Below are positions 27,235-39,533 of a stretch of DNA of 64,000 nucleotides, piece after piece. Every line of letters begins with the position of its first letter. Position 1 is the first letter of the stretch. Source of the stretch: Azolla caroliniana (Eukaryota > Plantae > Polypodiophyta); NCBI GenBank assembly GCA_043228905.1, contig JBHGNT010000006.1:8742001-8806000 (forward strand), read 5' to 3'. Both the position numbers and the translations under genes were made by a program. A model generated the notes under the pieces. The model was not told the DNA's origin, ran no database searches, and was given only the letters and a program-made list of their open reading frames with translations.

Positions 27235-29123
27235 CTAAGATACCGATTCCACAAAGAAAATTCCATAAAGCCATTCTATGAAAGGTTTCAGAAATTGCAT
27301 CACAAGTACCTCTCTAATGACATTAAATATTCCTTGGTTCAGTTCCCTGACAATGCTACTTGAATAGCACATGTACGCATGTTTATGTAACATCCTTTCA
27401 TCAAACTCCCAAATTCTTTGATATCGAGCCTCAACTACATCTCCAAGAACATCAACCCCCAAATAAAATAAACAATTTAATTGAGAGTGCAATCCCTCTT
27501 TTAAGAGCCACCATAATAATCGAGAAGACATGAGTAACTTTTTTTGATAAGAATTACAATGCTCTTTACTAAGTAATGGTTTCCCAATAAATAAGGTGTG
27601 TGTGTGTGTGTTTGCGTAAATAATGTCTTTCATGACGGAAGGAAAACACCACCATAGCTAGTTTACAACCAACTATAGAACTGGAGGGATTTAAATTCTA
27701 TGACCTCAATCCACCATACACACTGAGTCAGATATCGAATATGATGACATGTCACCTTTTACAATTGGCTTTCTTCATGGTTGAGATCCTGTGACTTCTC
27801 TAACACTTCCAATTGTCCACATAAGAAGCCCTTTTAATTTTGCAACATATTTTCTCACCCCAACTTGTGAATAAAATGTGAAAGCATTGTGTATATTCCA
27901 ATTGAACCATAAGCCCCAATATGCAAGAACTTGAAAAATAATTTGGACATGAGACATCACTCCAATGTTCTCTATGTGCAGAAAATTAATTGACTAATAA
28001 TAGTTTTATTCAATTCAATTTAACCATATGCCCCAATACCTCAAGAACTTGAAAATAATTTGGAAATGAGGTATCACTCCAATGTTCTCCATATATGCAA
28101 AAACCCAATTGAACAATAATAGTTTTATTCCAATCAAAGACATCCACACTAAATTGATACACTCCAAATCATTCTGACCATTGAGCATGAAACAAATTGA
28201 AGCCTATAATGGTTCTAATTCCACTAAACGAAAGAAACACATTCTATTAGTAATGTTTCTTTTATTTAATGCATCCCTCCAACGGTAATGCTCTAACCAT
28301 AACACTCCAAATGAATATTCTAGGTCATAGTATCAATCAAGAACATCACCTTGCCATGATCACATGAAATGACCAGGTAATGGGCTTACAAAAACCTCAT
28401 TACCGTTATAGCCCTTTCTTCCATCCACTTATGTTTGTCAATCAACTTATGATAAGCATCATTTATTGATATCATAGTCAATCTCCTATCTCCAACAAAT
28501 GTCCAATCAAGTTCTTGAGATGCACCATCTAAATCATGAATTGGGTCATGCGATGATAATAATCCTTGCAACTGATCTCGAATAAACTTATAACCCTTTG
28601 GAATACAAAATGTTGATCTAGTTGTTTGGAAGGCCATTAATCCCCCCCCTCCCTCTCTCGCTCTCTCACGCACACAGACATAAATAACGGCTTTCATTAT
28701 GAAATAAAAAACACACCATTATGACTAACTTACAACAACATATAGAACCCTTCCAAGAATTTAAATACTACTACCACGACCACGAACTCAATCCCATTGT
28801 ACACACCAATTCAAATGTCGAATACAACGATATGTGAAAAACCCCAACTAAAGGAAGATAGTCTTACTCCAGTTAAAGACATCCATGCTAAATTGATACA
28901 CCTCCAAACCATTCTAGCCATCAGACGTAAAAGAATTTGATGCCTTCTATGTTCCAATTCCACAAAACAAAAGAATTTAATACATTCCTCTAACAATATT
29001 TCTTTTGTTTAATGCATCCCCCAATGATAACGCTCTAACCACAACTCTCCAAATGAATATCTTACCTTGCAACATCAAAGGAGAACATCAACATGCCTTG
29101 ATCACATGAAACCACTTGGTAGT
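27235..29123 (-). mobile_element. Degenerate L1-like LINE ORF2 3' fragments (partly duplicated), continuing at 34562-35584 and 44928-~45200
   Basis: Homologous to the LINE at 45850+ (YWGLWFNWN, CFFCFVELE). The sequence resumes across the 29124-34561 and 35585-44927 insertions. Confidence 0.7.
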
Positions 29124-30321
29124 TGTCATGATATGGCATGGTATGGCTCCAAAAGGATCTAAACCCATGACCTTGTGTTACAATGGTTGAACCTTTACCA
29201 TTACACCATACATTGTAACACGAAAGATATTATATAGGAAATTCCTATATATTCCAGATTACTCTGAAACATTCTAGAAACTTTAGGAGTACTGTTGACA
29301 GTACAGAGGCACATGACATTATTAAGAACCAATTCCGTTCAACGCTAGTCTTAAGCCTCCTAGCTATTTTTGTATCTTTCTTAATATAATATAATATACT
29401 TCATGATGTCATCATTCTCTCTTTCTCTCTCTCCCAGCAAACACAGAACGACTAAGTGGATTGTCATTGGCTATTGCGATGGCACATCAAGACTTTTTGA
29501 CTGTGTGACAAACTGGATTATCGACGGTTATGCCTTTTTCGAATTAACGAAAAAATTAATGATGTCACTTTTGGCCTTGACCAATCTCCGCAACTCCGGA
29601 TACATCTGGTATTTCATAGTTCTCTTCTAGAACTCTATCAGGATAGCACTACCCCAGATCGTATTACACCACCTCCACCCTTGATCAAACTCGAAGATGG
29701 ACCTGAGTACAAGGTTGCTGCCATCCTTGATTCCATGATTGTTTGCAACAAGCTCTATAATTATTTAGTTGATTGGCTAGGATAGAGTCCAAGCGAGCGT
29801 ACTTGGGAACCAATGACGAATTTGGTGAATGCTTAGGCTCTTCTTGAATACTTCCATTGTCAATATCCAGACAAACCAGGTCCTCAATCAAAGACGATTC
29901 GTAACACTCATCATTTCGATGGGCTGATGTCCTAAGCGGAAGTGGATGAGGCAGCCGAGTTGGTCTAAGGGGTAGATTAACGTCTAATCTGGAAATCCCA
30001 CTCTCATCATCGATGTAAAATGAACTTGTAATGTTTAGGCAACAAGTTGGTATCCTAAACGGAAGTGGATGAGGTGGCCGAGTTGGTCAAAGGTCCTAGA
30101 TTAAGGGCGTGGGTTCAAATCCCACTTGCCTCATCGATGTAAAATGAACCTGTAATTTATAGGCGACAAGTACATGAAAGTGGATGAGGTGGCCAAGTTG
30201 GTTTCAGGCGCTAGATTAAGGTTCTAGTCGAAAAGGGCATGGGTTCAAATCCTACTCCCATCATCGATGCAAAATGAGTATGTAACATTTTGCCAACAAA
30301 CCAATCTCTTAAATCAAAGTG

Positions 30322-30402
30322 GATGAGGTGGCCGAGTTGGTCTAAGGCGCTAGATTAAGGTTCTAGTTCGAAAGGGCGTGGGTTCAAATCCCACTCTCAT
30401 CA
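30322..30402 (+). tRNA. trnL-AAG: tRNA-Leu(AAG), best-preserved copy in the array
   Basis: 81 nt. Acceptor stem GATGAGG/TCTCATC plus A73, A box TGGCCGAGTTGG, anticodon arm CTAGA-TTAAGGT-TCTAG, long variable arm, T arm GTGGG-TTCAAAT-CCCAC. A T4 run lies ~25 bp downstream. Confidence 0.75.
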
Positions 30403-30583
30403 TCAATGCAAAATGAGCATGTAACGTTTTGGCAATGAGCTGATGTCCTAAACGGAAGTGGATGAGGTGGCCGATTTGGTCTAAGGCGCTAGATTTAGGT
30501 TCTAGTCAGAAAAAGTGTGGGTTCAAATCCCGCCCTCATCGTCGATATAAAATGAACATGTAACGTTTTGGTAACGAGCGAAC

Positions 30584-30664
30584 GATGAGGTGGCCGAGTT
30601 GGTCTAAGGCGCTAGATTAAGGTTCTAGTCTGAAAGGGCATGGGTTCAAATCCCACTCTCATCA
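30584..30664 (+). tRNA. trnL-AAG: tRNA-Leu(AAG), near-intact copy (one T-stem mismatch)
   Basis: Same cloverleaf as 30322-30402, but the T stem is ATGGG/CCCAC. Confidence 0.55.
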
Positions 30665-33316
30665 TCGATGTAAAATCCGAGTTGGTGTAAGGCGCTAGAT
30701 TAAGGTTCTAGTTCGAAAGGGTGTGGGTTCAAATCCACCCTCATCATCGATGTAAAATCTGAGTTGGTCTAAGGTGCTAGATTAAGGTTCTAGTCCGAAA
30801 GGGTGTGGGTTTGATGTCCTAAGCGGAAGTGGATGACTTCTAGTTTGGAAATCCCACTCTCATCATCGATGTAAAATGAACTTGTAATGTTTAGGCAACA
30901 AGTTGGTATCCTAAACGGAAGTGGATGAGGTGGTCCAGTTGGTCTAAGGCCCTAGTTTAGGGGCGTGGGTTCAAATCCCACCCCCATCATCGATGTAAAA
31001 TGAATGTGTAACGTTTTGGCCACGAGCTGATGTCCTAAGCAGAAGTGGATGAGACGACTGAGTTGGTCTAAGGGGTAGATTAACTTCTAGTTCGGAAATC
31101 CCACTCTCATCATCGATGTAAAATGAACTTGTAATGTTTTGGCAACAAGTTGGTATTCTAAATGGAAGTGGATGAGGTGGCCGAGTTGGTCTAAGGCCTT
31201 AGATTAAGGGCTTGGGTTCAAATCCCACTCGCCTCATCGATGTAAAATGAACCTGTCAATTTTAGGCAAATGAACCTGTCAATTTTAGACGACGAGCGGA
31301 TCTCCTAAACGTAAGTGGATAAGGTGGCCAAGTTGGGCTCAACCACTAGATTAAGGTCCTAGTCCGAAAGGGCGTGGGTTCAAATCCTACTCTCATAATG
31401 GATGTAAAATGAGCATATAACATTTTGGCGACAAGCTGATCTTGTAAACAAATGTGGATGTGGCCGAGTTGGTCTAATGCGCTAGATTAAGGTTCTAGAC
31501 CGAAACGACATGGGTTCCAATCCCACTCTCATCATCGATGTAAAATGAGCACATAATGTTTAGGCGACGAGCTGATTAGGCAACACGGAAGTGGATGAGG
31601 CGGCCAAGTTGGTCTCAAGGGGTAGATTAACTTCTTGTTCGGAAGGGTGTGGGTCCGAATCCTACTCTCATCATCGATGTAAAATGAACCTGTAATGGAG
31701 GTGGCTGAGTTGGTCTAAGATCCTAGATTAAGGGCGTGGGTTCAAATCCCACTCTTCCGATCGATGCAAATTGAACCTGTAATTTTTAGGTGGCGAGCTG
31801 ATCTCTTAAACGGAAGTGGATGAGCTGGCAGAGTTGGTATAAGGCGCTAGATTAATGTTCTAGTCCAAAAGGACGTGGTTTCAAATCCCACTCTAATCAT
31901 CGATGTAAAATGAGGGCGTGGGTTAAAATCCCACTCTCATTATCGATGTAAAATGAGCAATGTAACGTTTAGGCGAGGAGCTGATGTCCTAAACAAAAGT
32001 GAATGAGGTGGCCGAGTTGGTCTAAGACGCTAGATTAAGCTTCTCCTCCAAAAGGGCGTGGGTTAGGGCGACAAGTTGATATCCAGAACGGAAGTGGATG
32101 AGGTGGCCGAGTTTGTCTAAGGCGCTTGATTAAGGGTGTGAGGTGAAATCCCCCTCTCCTTATCGATGCAAAATGAACATGTAACATTAAGACAACGAGT
32201 TGATATCCTAAACGGAAATGGATGAGGTGGCCGAGTTGGGCTAAGGTGCTAGATTAAGGGCGTGGGTTCAAGTCCCACTATCCTCATCGATGTAAAATGA
32301 ACATGTAACATTAAGACAATGAGATGGAAGTGGATGAGGTGGCTGAGTTGGGCTAAGGCATTAGATTAAGGTTCTCGTTCGAAAGGGCATGGGTTCAAGT
32401 CCCACTATCCTCATCGATGTAAAATGAACATGTAACATCAAGACAACGAGCTGATATTCTAAAGGGAAGTGGATGAGGTGGCCGAGTTGGTCCAAGGCTA
32501 AACCTAAATTAAGGTTCTAGTCCGAAAGGGTGTGGCTTCAAATCCAACTCCGATCATCAATGTAAAATGAACCTGTAACCTTTAGGCGACGAGCTGATAT
32601 GCTAAACGGAAGTGCATGAGGTGGCCGATTTGTTCTAAGGTAGAACTAGATTAAGGTTCTAGTCCGAAAGGGCAAGGGTTCAAATCCCACTCTAGGCGAC
32701 GAGCTAATGTCCTAAACGGAAGTGGATGAGGTGGCCAAGTTGGTTTCAGGGGCTAGATTAAGGTTCTCTTCTAGAACTCTATTAGGATAGCACTACCCCA
32801 GATCATATTACACCACCACCACCCCCCATCAAACTTGAAGATGGATATGAGTACGAGGTTGCTGCCACCCCCGATTCCATGATTGTTCACAACAATCTCT
32901 ATTATTTAGTTGATTGGCTAGGATATAGTCCAAGCGAGCGTACTTGGGAACCATTGACGCATTTGGTGAATGCTCAGGCTCTTCTTGAAGACTTCCATCG
33001 TCAATATCTAGACAAACCAGGTCCTCAATCAAAGACGGCTCGTAACACTCATCATTTAAAGGGGGGGATAATGTCATGATATGGCTCCAAAAGGATTTGA
33101 ACCCATGACCTTGTGTTAAACCATTAAACCTTTACCATTAAACCATATATTGTAATACAAAATATATTTTATTATTTCAGCTAGTTTAGATATGAGAAGT
33201 GTTATGGATCATGCGTATCCATGCCCATACGGATAGACTGTTCATACCACTATAGGAAATTCATGTATATTCCAGATTACTCTGGAACATTCTAGAAACT
33301 TTAGGAGTACTCCTGA

Positions 33317-33866
33317 TTTGACGCAGCGTCTCACCACAACCGAGGTTGACACATCCAAAATCATGGAGGTCACACTGTCCCTCAATTGACCCACTGCACG
33401 GTGGTATTCTCGCCTCGATCATAGGGAACTTGTGACATTTCAAGACGTTCGCACTCAATTCCTCAACTTTTTCATCGTGAGATACCTAAGCAGGAATTGC
33501 TCCGCCAGTTCTACGATATTGCACAAGAACCGCATGAGACAGTTTCATAGTTCACGTCCAGGATCTTTATCGGCAGCTCGTCCAAGATGTGTCCACGAAT
33601 CATCTCAAAGACACCTTCCTATCCGGACTACGGGAGCCTCTGCGCACGACCCTAGCCTTAACCGACTTCTCCCAGCAAACAATCGAGCAGGTGGTCACCC
33701 GCGTCCTTACTATCGATATAACTCAACATCATACCTCGTTTTCAATGGGATCACTCCAGAACGCCTTGCCGACCCATGAAGAAACCCAATTCTGATTGGC
33801 TCTCCAATGTACGACATGCTCCAATTCTGGCCACTCGGTCGTGGATTGCCCTCATCATCCACAGTA
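33317..33866 (+). pseudogene. Retrotransposon gag fragment lodged inside the 3' LTR
   Basis: DTFLSGLREPLR gag motif and a CTTCSNSGHSVVDC zinc knuckle (~33808-33850). Confidence 0.7.
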
Positions 33867-34012
33867 CCTGATTTACCATTCTCAATTGTCTTAAGCCTCC
33901 TAGTTGTTCTTGTATCTTTCTTCATATAATATAATATACTTCATGTTGTCATCATTCTCTCTCTCTCTCTCTCTCTCTCTTCCTCTCTCTTGTGATTCTC
34001 ACACACTCATTT

Positions 34013-34479
34013 TGTGAAAGTTAGCATACGGAAGCGATAGACAGAACCGGCTCACCCGGATAGCAACAAAGAATAAGATGAAGGTTTAATGGAGAAGCTT
34101 AATACACAAAGAGTATATGCGGGAGTGACAGAGAGAGAAAAACATAAACATAAATTCAAAATAATAAAAACACTCTGTACATAAAATGTGCTAGAACAAC
34201 ACTATTTATACAAGTCCATAAAAGGACTGATAAAAGTACCGCGTACTTAAATATTCCTATGTGCGACTTACACCAACTACGAGACAATACTTACCTAGTA
34301 GTCTAGGCTACTACTAGGCTTCTGGTTCCCGCTCGAATCCGGCTCTCCGATTCGTCTCCTCGATCCGACGGTTGTTTCCGAATACCATCTAGATACCGAT
34401 CTGGCTCATCCTTCCAGATGTCGATCTGGGTCAGGCTTATTCAGCCGATCCAGATCTGGTTGAGCTTGCTCGCTCAACA
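34013..34479 (-). mobile_element. Solo Copia-type LTR related to the 48869-53675 family
   Basis: TG...CA ends with TSD CATTT/CATTC. Shares AACTACGAGAC, CCTAGTAGTCTA and GAGCTTG..GCTCAACA with the Copia LTRs. Confidence 0.85.
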
Positions 34480-35584
34480 CATTCCCTTGTTATTACTAAT
34501 CCTCATTCTTCTCCTCTATCTTTAGTACTAATTCTCCTTGACTCTAGTACTATCCTTGACAATAGTGAGCTTATGAAAACTTCATATCTTTATAACCCTT
34601 TCATCCATCCTCTTATGTTTGTAAATCAACTTATGATAAGCATCATTTGTTGATATTATAATCAATCTCCAATTTCCAATAAATTTCCAATCAAGCTCTT
34701 GAAATCCTTGAATTAACTTCAATTGTCATTCCTCCAAGATGAATTTTTGTCTTCTCTATAAAGTATGCCACCATTTCCATCCAAGGTTGTACACCCTCAA
34801 ACATAAATTGAATGGAAGTAAATTGACGCGCTACCATACGCTCATATAAATTAATATAATTGATGCCCCACCAAGACGCATTAGGCTACAAACATGATCC
34901 CATGCCAACCATGACATGACATGTTTCCCATTTCTTTTCCATAACAACATACGCATCGAGTGTGTTATCATTGCAAGTGCTTTATTCCACCAAGGTCGCA
35001 AAGGATGATGATAAGATACCATAGAGACCATAATCGATTGAACCACCTTCAGCCATACATGAAAAAGCCAAAATTGAGACCTCCCATACATAAATTTATC
35101 CTCCACTATTTTGGATACCCACTCAATAAGTTTCACATGATTAAGTTCCACCCCAATTGGATATCCAAGGTGACGACAATTATACCATGATGTACTAGCC
35201 TTCTTGACCACCCCAACCTTAACACATTTAGTTCTCTACATGAACTGAGGACATATTTAAACATAATAATTCTAAACCCTAAAGCATTTGAAAACAATTC
35301 CCACACATCTCATCTTACTCATATTTTCGCAAGTAGGTGCCAAGAACATGATATGGTCATCTCTAAGAGCCTGAGCAATATATGGCTTCCTTGATGGCAA
35401 CCTTAGTCCAAGCAATTCCTCCTCCATAACCATATTATGTAATTAAACAAGAATAAGATGTGTCACAATACTGATTCAATAATAAAGGATAGATCGAGCA
35501 TCCTTGTCTAATTGATCTTCAAGTAGAAATAGGTTGTGTTATTCCTCCATTGAACATCATATGTGAAACAGAACTCTCCCCTAA

Positions 35585-35620
35585 AACACGTCCGCGTTCA
35601 CAAGTGGAAGGATCATGCAT
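35585..35620 (+). repeat. Left terminal inverted repeat
   Basis: AACACGTCCGCGTTCACAAGTGGAAGGATCATGCAT. Confidence 0.9.
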
Positions 35621-35986
35621 AAATGGAAGGATAAGGAAAATTTTGGTTGATGTTAGGGCTTTTTCAATGATTTTACAAAAGACATTGATACTAGTATCAT
35701 ACATGTTCAAACATACTATGAAAAAGGTTAAAAATCCACTATTTTCGTGATTTAGAAGTAAATAAAAAAGAGGAATTTCAAAAAGTTACATTCTCAATTT
35801 ATATCACAAACTTTACAACCAATGTTATTTTATAAGAACGATTTTTTAGAAATCATAAGAATTCAAAACACATGCTTTTATATTACTCGATTTGTTACAA
35901 GCGGAATGTAGTTACACTTAATAGCCAAAAATACATTCATGATCACTCCTTTACGGAGAATCACTACTATAACTAATATACAATGA

Positions 35987-38700
35987 TTATTCCTCCTCGT
36001 CATCCTCGGATTTACCAATCAATGCATTATCTTCTTCATAAACCAAATGGTTTGACTCTAGATTATATGTAGTAGATCTCGTTTGCCTTTGACTCGAGCC
36101 ACCTTGTAGACTTGGTAATTTTTCTTTTATTATATCTATTGTTGACTTCCTTAATCCTCCGGCTTTTGTAAGCGTGAAGTCGTACATGATGATATCCACA
36201 TCAGAGATATCAAGGGTTGAGGTGTTGCGAATGTTTCGCTTCCTCTTCCTACCTCCTCTTGTTGTTGGGCATTCAATCATCACCAATGTATACTTACCTG
36301 TAAAAGCATTTGCACTTCTAGTGTTGTACCAATGAACGTTTATAGACTTGATTGTGTTTTCTATTTCATGCATTAACACTTCTAGAATTTTACCAACCCA
36401 AAATTGGTGGCCATGTGAGTTCTCATCAATCGGCGTTGCAATCAACATCCCCGCCGTGAGCTCTTGCAAATTGCCTTGCCATCTAGCTTCGGCTGCTTTG
36501 GTCATCCTTGGTCCCACATAAATGTCTCTTTGTTGTGGATGGACCAAACTGTCATTAATTGCATTTGCTGGTTGCTCCTGAGTTTTATTTACACAATCAT
36601 GTTGCAGCGACCACGTGAATGACGTTTCCAAATTCCAATTATCACCAAATACACAATTGTCTATAATTCCTTTCTGATCACTATAAAATACATCCCACCA
36701 TGACGTGTCTTGTTGTGTGGCATATTTCTTGGCGGCCTCAATATGCTTTCTTTTTTCTTCTAAGGCTTGGAGCCATAACCGTTTTTGTTCCGATACCAAG
36801 TCACTATGCAACTGTCCTTTCTTCTCAATTGGCATTTGCTTAGCTCCATGGACAATTGTACTCAGCATACAAAGTAATAACTGGCAACCACCTTCAGGTT
36901 CCCATGTTGTAGAAGATGAATATTGTTTAGCATACAAAAGCGTAGAACCACTTATTTCATTTTTCTTTCTCATAAAAATGTGATTGAAGCTTATATTGTT
37001 TAACTGGGTGAGCACTTTAACATTCCCAACACCCCCATATGATATATAATATCTCTTAAAGTCATATACCTCCAAGTGTTTAACACTTTTGGGCGTGGTG
37101 TATATGCATCACAAATGACATCAAATAGTTTAGGTAATGTGAAAGCATCATGCCGAGACAACTGTCTGGAGAATGTGCTAAACATCTGATCTATATGATC
37201 ATGTGTGTGGACAACCAAAAGAAAATTGACTTTCACTTTTCTAAACAATCCTTGGTTGACCAACATACTTAGATAGCCAAACACAGTTGAATGTTTGTTC
37301 TCTCTAGCAGTATTGTCCAATTGAATGTATAGAACAGGGGGGAAAGGTTGGCCCCAAGCCATCAAAACTCGGTGAATCATTGTAACTGTTGGGTTAGGGT
37401 CATTGTGAACATTGGGGTATGTAATGAAGACGTGAGGTCCAACTGACCTATTATAAGCCAAGCATCCCACCAAGTGCATTTGAACAAGGCACTCATCATT
37501 GACGTCTTTGGGGAGCCTCCGCATATGCGGCAATCACGTCTTCTTCTGGTTCATGCCATCTATCATTAAGCACATGTATTGTTTGGCCCTCTTCAAACAC
37601 TTATCTCTATAATGCATCGCCTTCTTTCATTCTAACGATTGTGCCTCACGATGCTCTTGTAGTAACTTCTTACTCATATCCTTTTCCATTGATGTCTTTG
37701 CACCTTTAGCCAAACTTTTAAGATTTGCACAAATGGAGCAATACCCCATGCGTACTTTACGTGGAATGATAACATTTGAAAACCGAGCTCTCCATAATCT
37801 TGTGAATTGGCTATATGTGACAGACTTATTACGTGAGCCCACCATATCAGATCGATAGACATCATAAACTTCCCGACGTGTGTAATTATCAGAGAGGTGC
37901 ATCCTACCTGAAGTGGGCATTACTTTACAATTTAACTGAAAGTAACTTTTCATCCAACCAATAGCATGTCTTCCAATTGCACCTTTCATACTTGGAACCT
38001 CTTTACAATTGAGCATCTGATCCCCGCTAAGTAGACGTTGTTGTACTCTATGTAGCCACATGTTACTAACACATAACACAATTTTGAATGCAACTCTACA
38101 TATCTGTTGCGCATGGAAGATATAATACTCGAATTATACTTTGATCCCCGTACAATTGTCAGACACTAGTTGCATATGTGACCCGAGGGAAGTGTATTAC
38201 TCATCACCAGTCATCGAAAAATAATATCGCCTTAATTCTCGCAACTTTGATTTTCCAATCATAGACATACAACCACGGGCACAACATATTTTTTTGACAT
38301 CAAATCCAATCTGTTTATTTGATGTCACCAAGTTAAATCTAGCCAGATGAATTCTTCGTGGGATTCTTCTAATATGAATAGGGCTTCCAGATTTCTCTTC
38401 CTGCATAGAAGTTGGTGTAACCTTGTTACTATCCAATTCTTTGTTGTGACCATCGCCCATGATATTCGATGTTTCATTGGCACTACCTTCATTCTTCGTA
38501 TCTTTATTAATATCGTATTCTTCAATAGAGAACTCTTCACATGTGTCATTATTCACATTCGTTGTAGGTGAAGATGAGCTCAGACAATACTCTTCGATAG
38601 AATATGGTGAGTCTGTCGACAAACAATACTCTTCGGTAGAAAACGAAGAGTCTGATGACAAACAATATTCTTCAATCGAGAATGATGAATCTTCACTCAT
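35987..38700 (-). pseudogene. Sola-like DDD transposase (~900 codons, with in-frame stops and one frameshift near 37075)
   Basis: ORFs 38197-38700, 37627-38079 and 37000-37533 share one frame separated by stops. Cys motifs CCARGC, ICRVAF and CSIC. Catalytic-type motifs MIDGMNQKKT, YIQLDNTARENK and FLLV(G>V)HTHDHIDQMFS. Continues into ORF 35987-37075. Confidence 0.8.
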
Positions 38701-39400
38701 GGCGTAAGGTCCACATAGAGCTCCTTAAGTTATGTGCTTAGGCTAACATAAAAAAGTGATAAGCTCCTCTCTAAATATATACTCCTCACTAAACATAAAC
38801 TCCTCTCTAAACAGAAGCTCCCTCAATATAATGTCTATATTCTTTAATATTATATTAATACAATACATAAAGATATTATTTTTAATATTATAATTGTATT
38901 CAACATATTAATAATTACTTAAACTAGTCTATATAAAGTTAAATCAAGTATAATATAATTACAATCATTACCAAGCCATATATATGTTGGATTAAAGTTA
39001 AAATCATTGGTTAATTAATGGCACCCATATTTAATATAGAACTTCTCAGTCATTGTTTCATTCATGCCCACCATTTTAAATATAAGACTTTTCAATAATT
39101 GGTTCATTTATGCCCACATCTTTAATACAAAGCAATTAAGAGTCATAAAAATGTTGCTTTGAGTAATCAATCATTAGTTCATTCATGAACCTCTATCATT
39201 GTTTCCTTCATGACCTTCAAAGTCATTGTATGTTATTTTGACTATAAAATAATCATCAATATGTTAGTTTGACTTTGTAATCATTGATGCAATCATAAGT
39301 AACTTTGGTTAAAGTGATTGTGGTTATTAACTAACTAACCTCAACCTTGCCAACCCTGGTTAAAGTGACTGTGGTTACTTTAACAACTGTGGTCAATCCC

Positions 39401-39408
39401 TATAAATA
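39401..39408 (+). promoter_or_regulatory. TATA box of the ParB-MTase gene, in the 833-bp divergent intergenic region
   Basis: CCCTATAAATAG lies ~130 bp upstream of ATG 39534 (ACCATG context). Confidence 0.6.
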
Positions 39409-39533
39409 GGAAGACCTCGTCATATTTCAATCACACGAAGCATAAGAGCGCATAGACCAAACAGAGCTAACAGAGCACACAAAGCATGAAGCACGAAAGC
39501 GAGATCTCCGCCTAAACATTGACAAGATCAACC

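Larger units (their letters stand above)
29925..32767 (+). repeat. Tandem array of about 24 tRNA-Leu(AAG)-containing units (~120-140 bp each)
   Basis: Unit consensus CGGAAGTG-GATGAGGTGGCCGAGTTGGTCTAAGGCGCTAGATTAAGGTTCTAGTCCGAAAGGGCGTGGGTTCAAATCCCACTCTCATCA-TCGATGTAAAATGA..TGTAACGTTTTGGC.ACGAGCTGAT.TCCTAAA. Many copies are mutated or partly deleted. Confidence 0.95.
29124..34561 (+). mobile_element. Non-autonomous Gypsy/chromovirus derivative carrying a tRNA-Leu tandem array
   Basis: Ends are TGTCATG(29124) and TTGACA(34561), with TSD GTAGT/ATAGT. Truncated 5' LTR ~29124-29435. Two direct copies of the integrase-chromodomain end (~29620-29915 and ~32764-33070). PPT, then a 3' LTR from 33072 that is itself interrupted. 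Confidence 0.8.

Noticed and set aside
29925-32767. All array units being functional tRNA genes
   Set aside because: Most units have stem mismatches, deletions or truncations. Only one or two look near intact.
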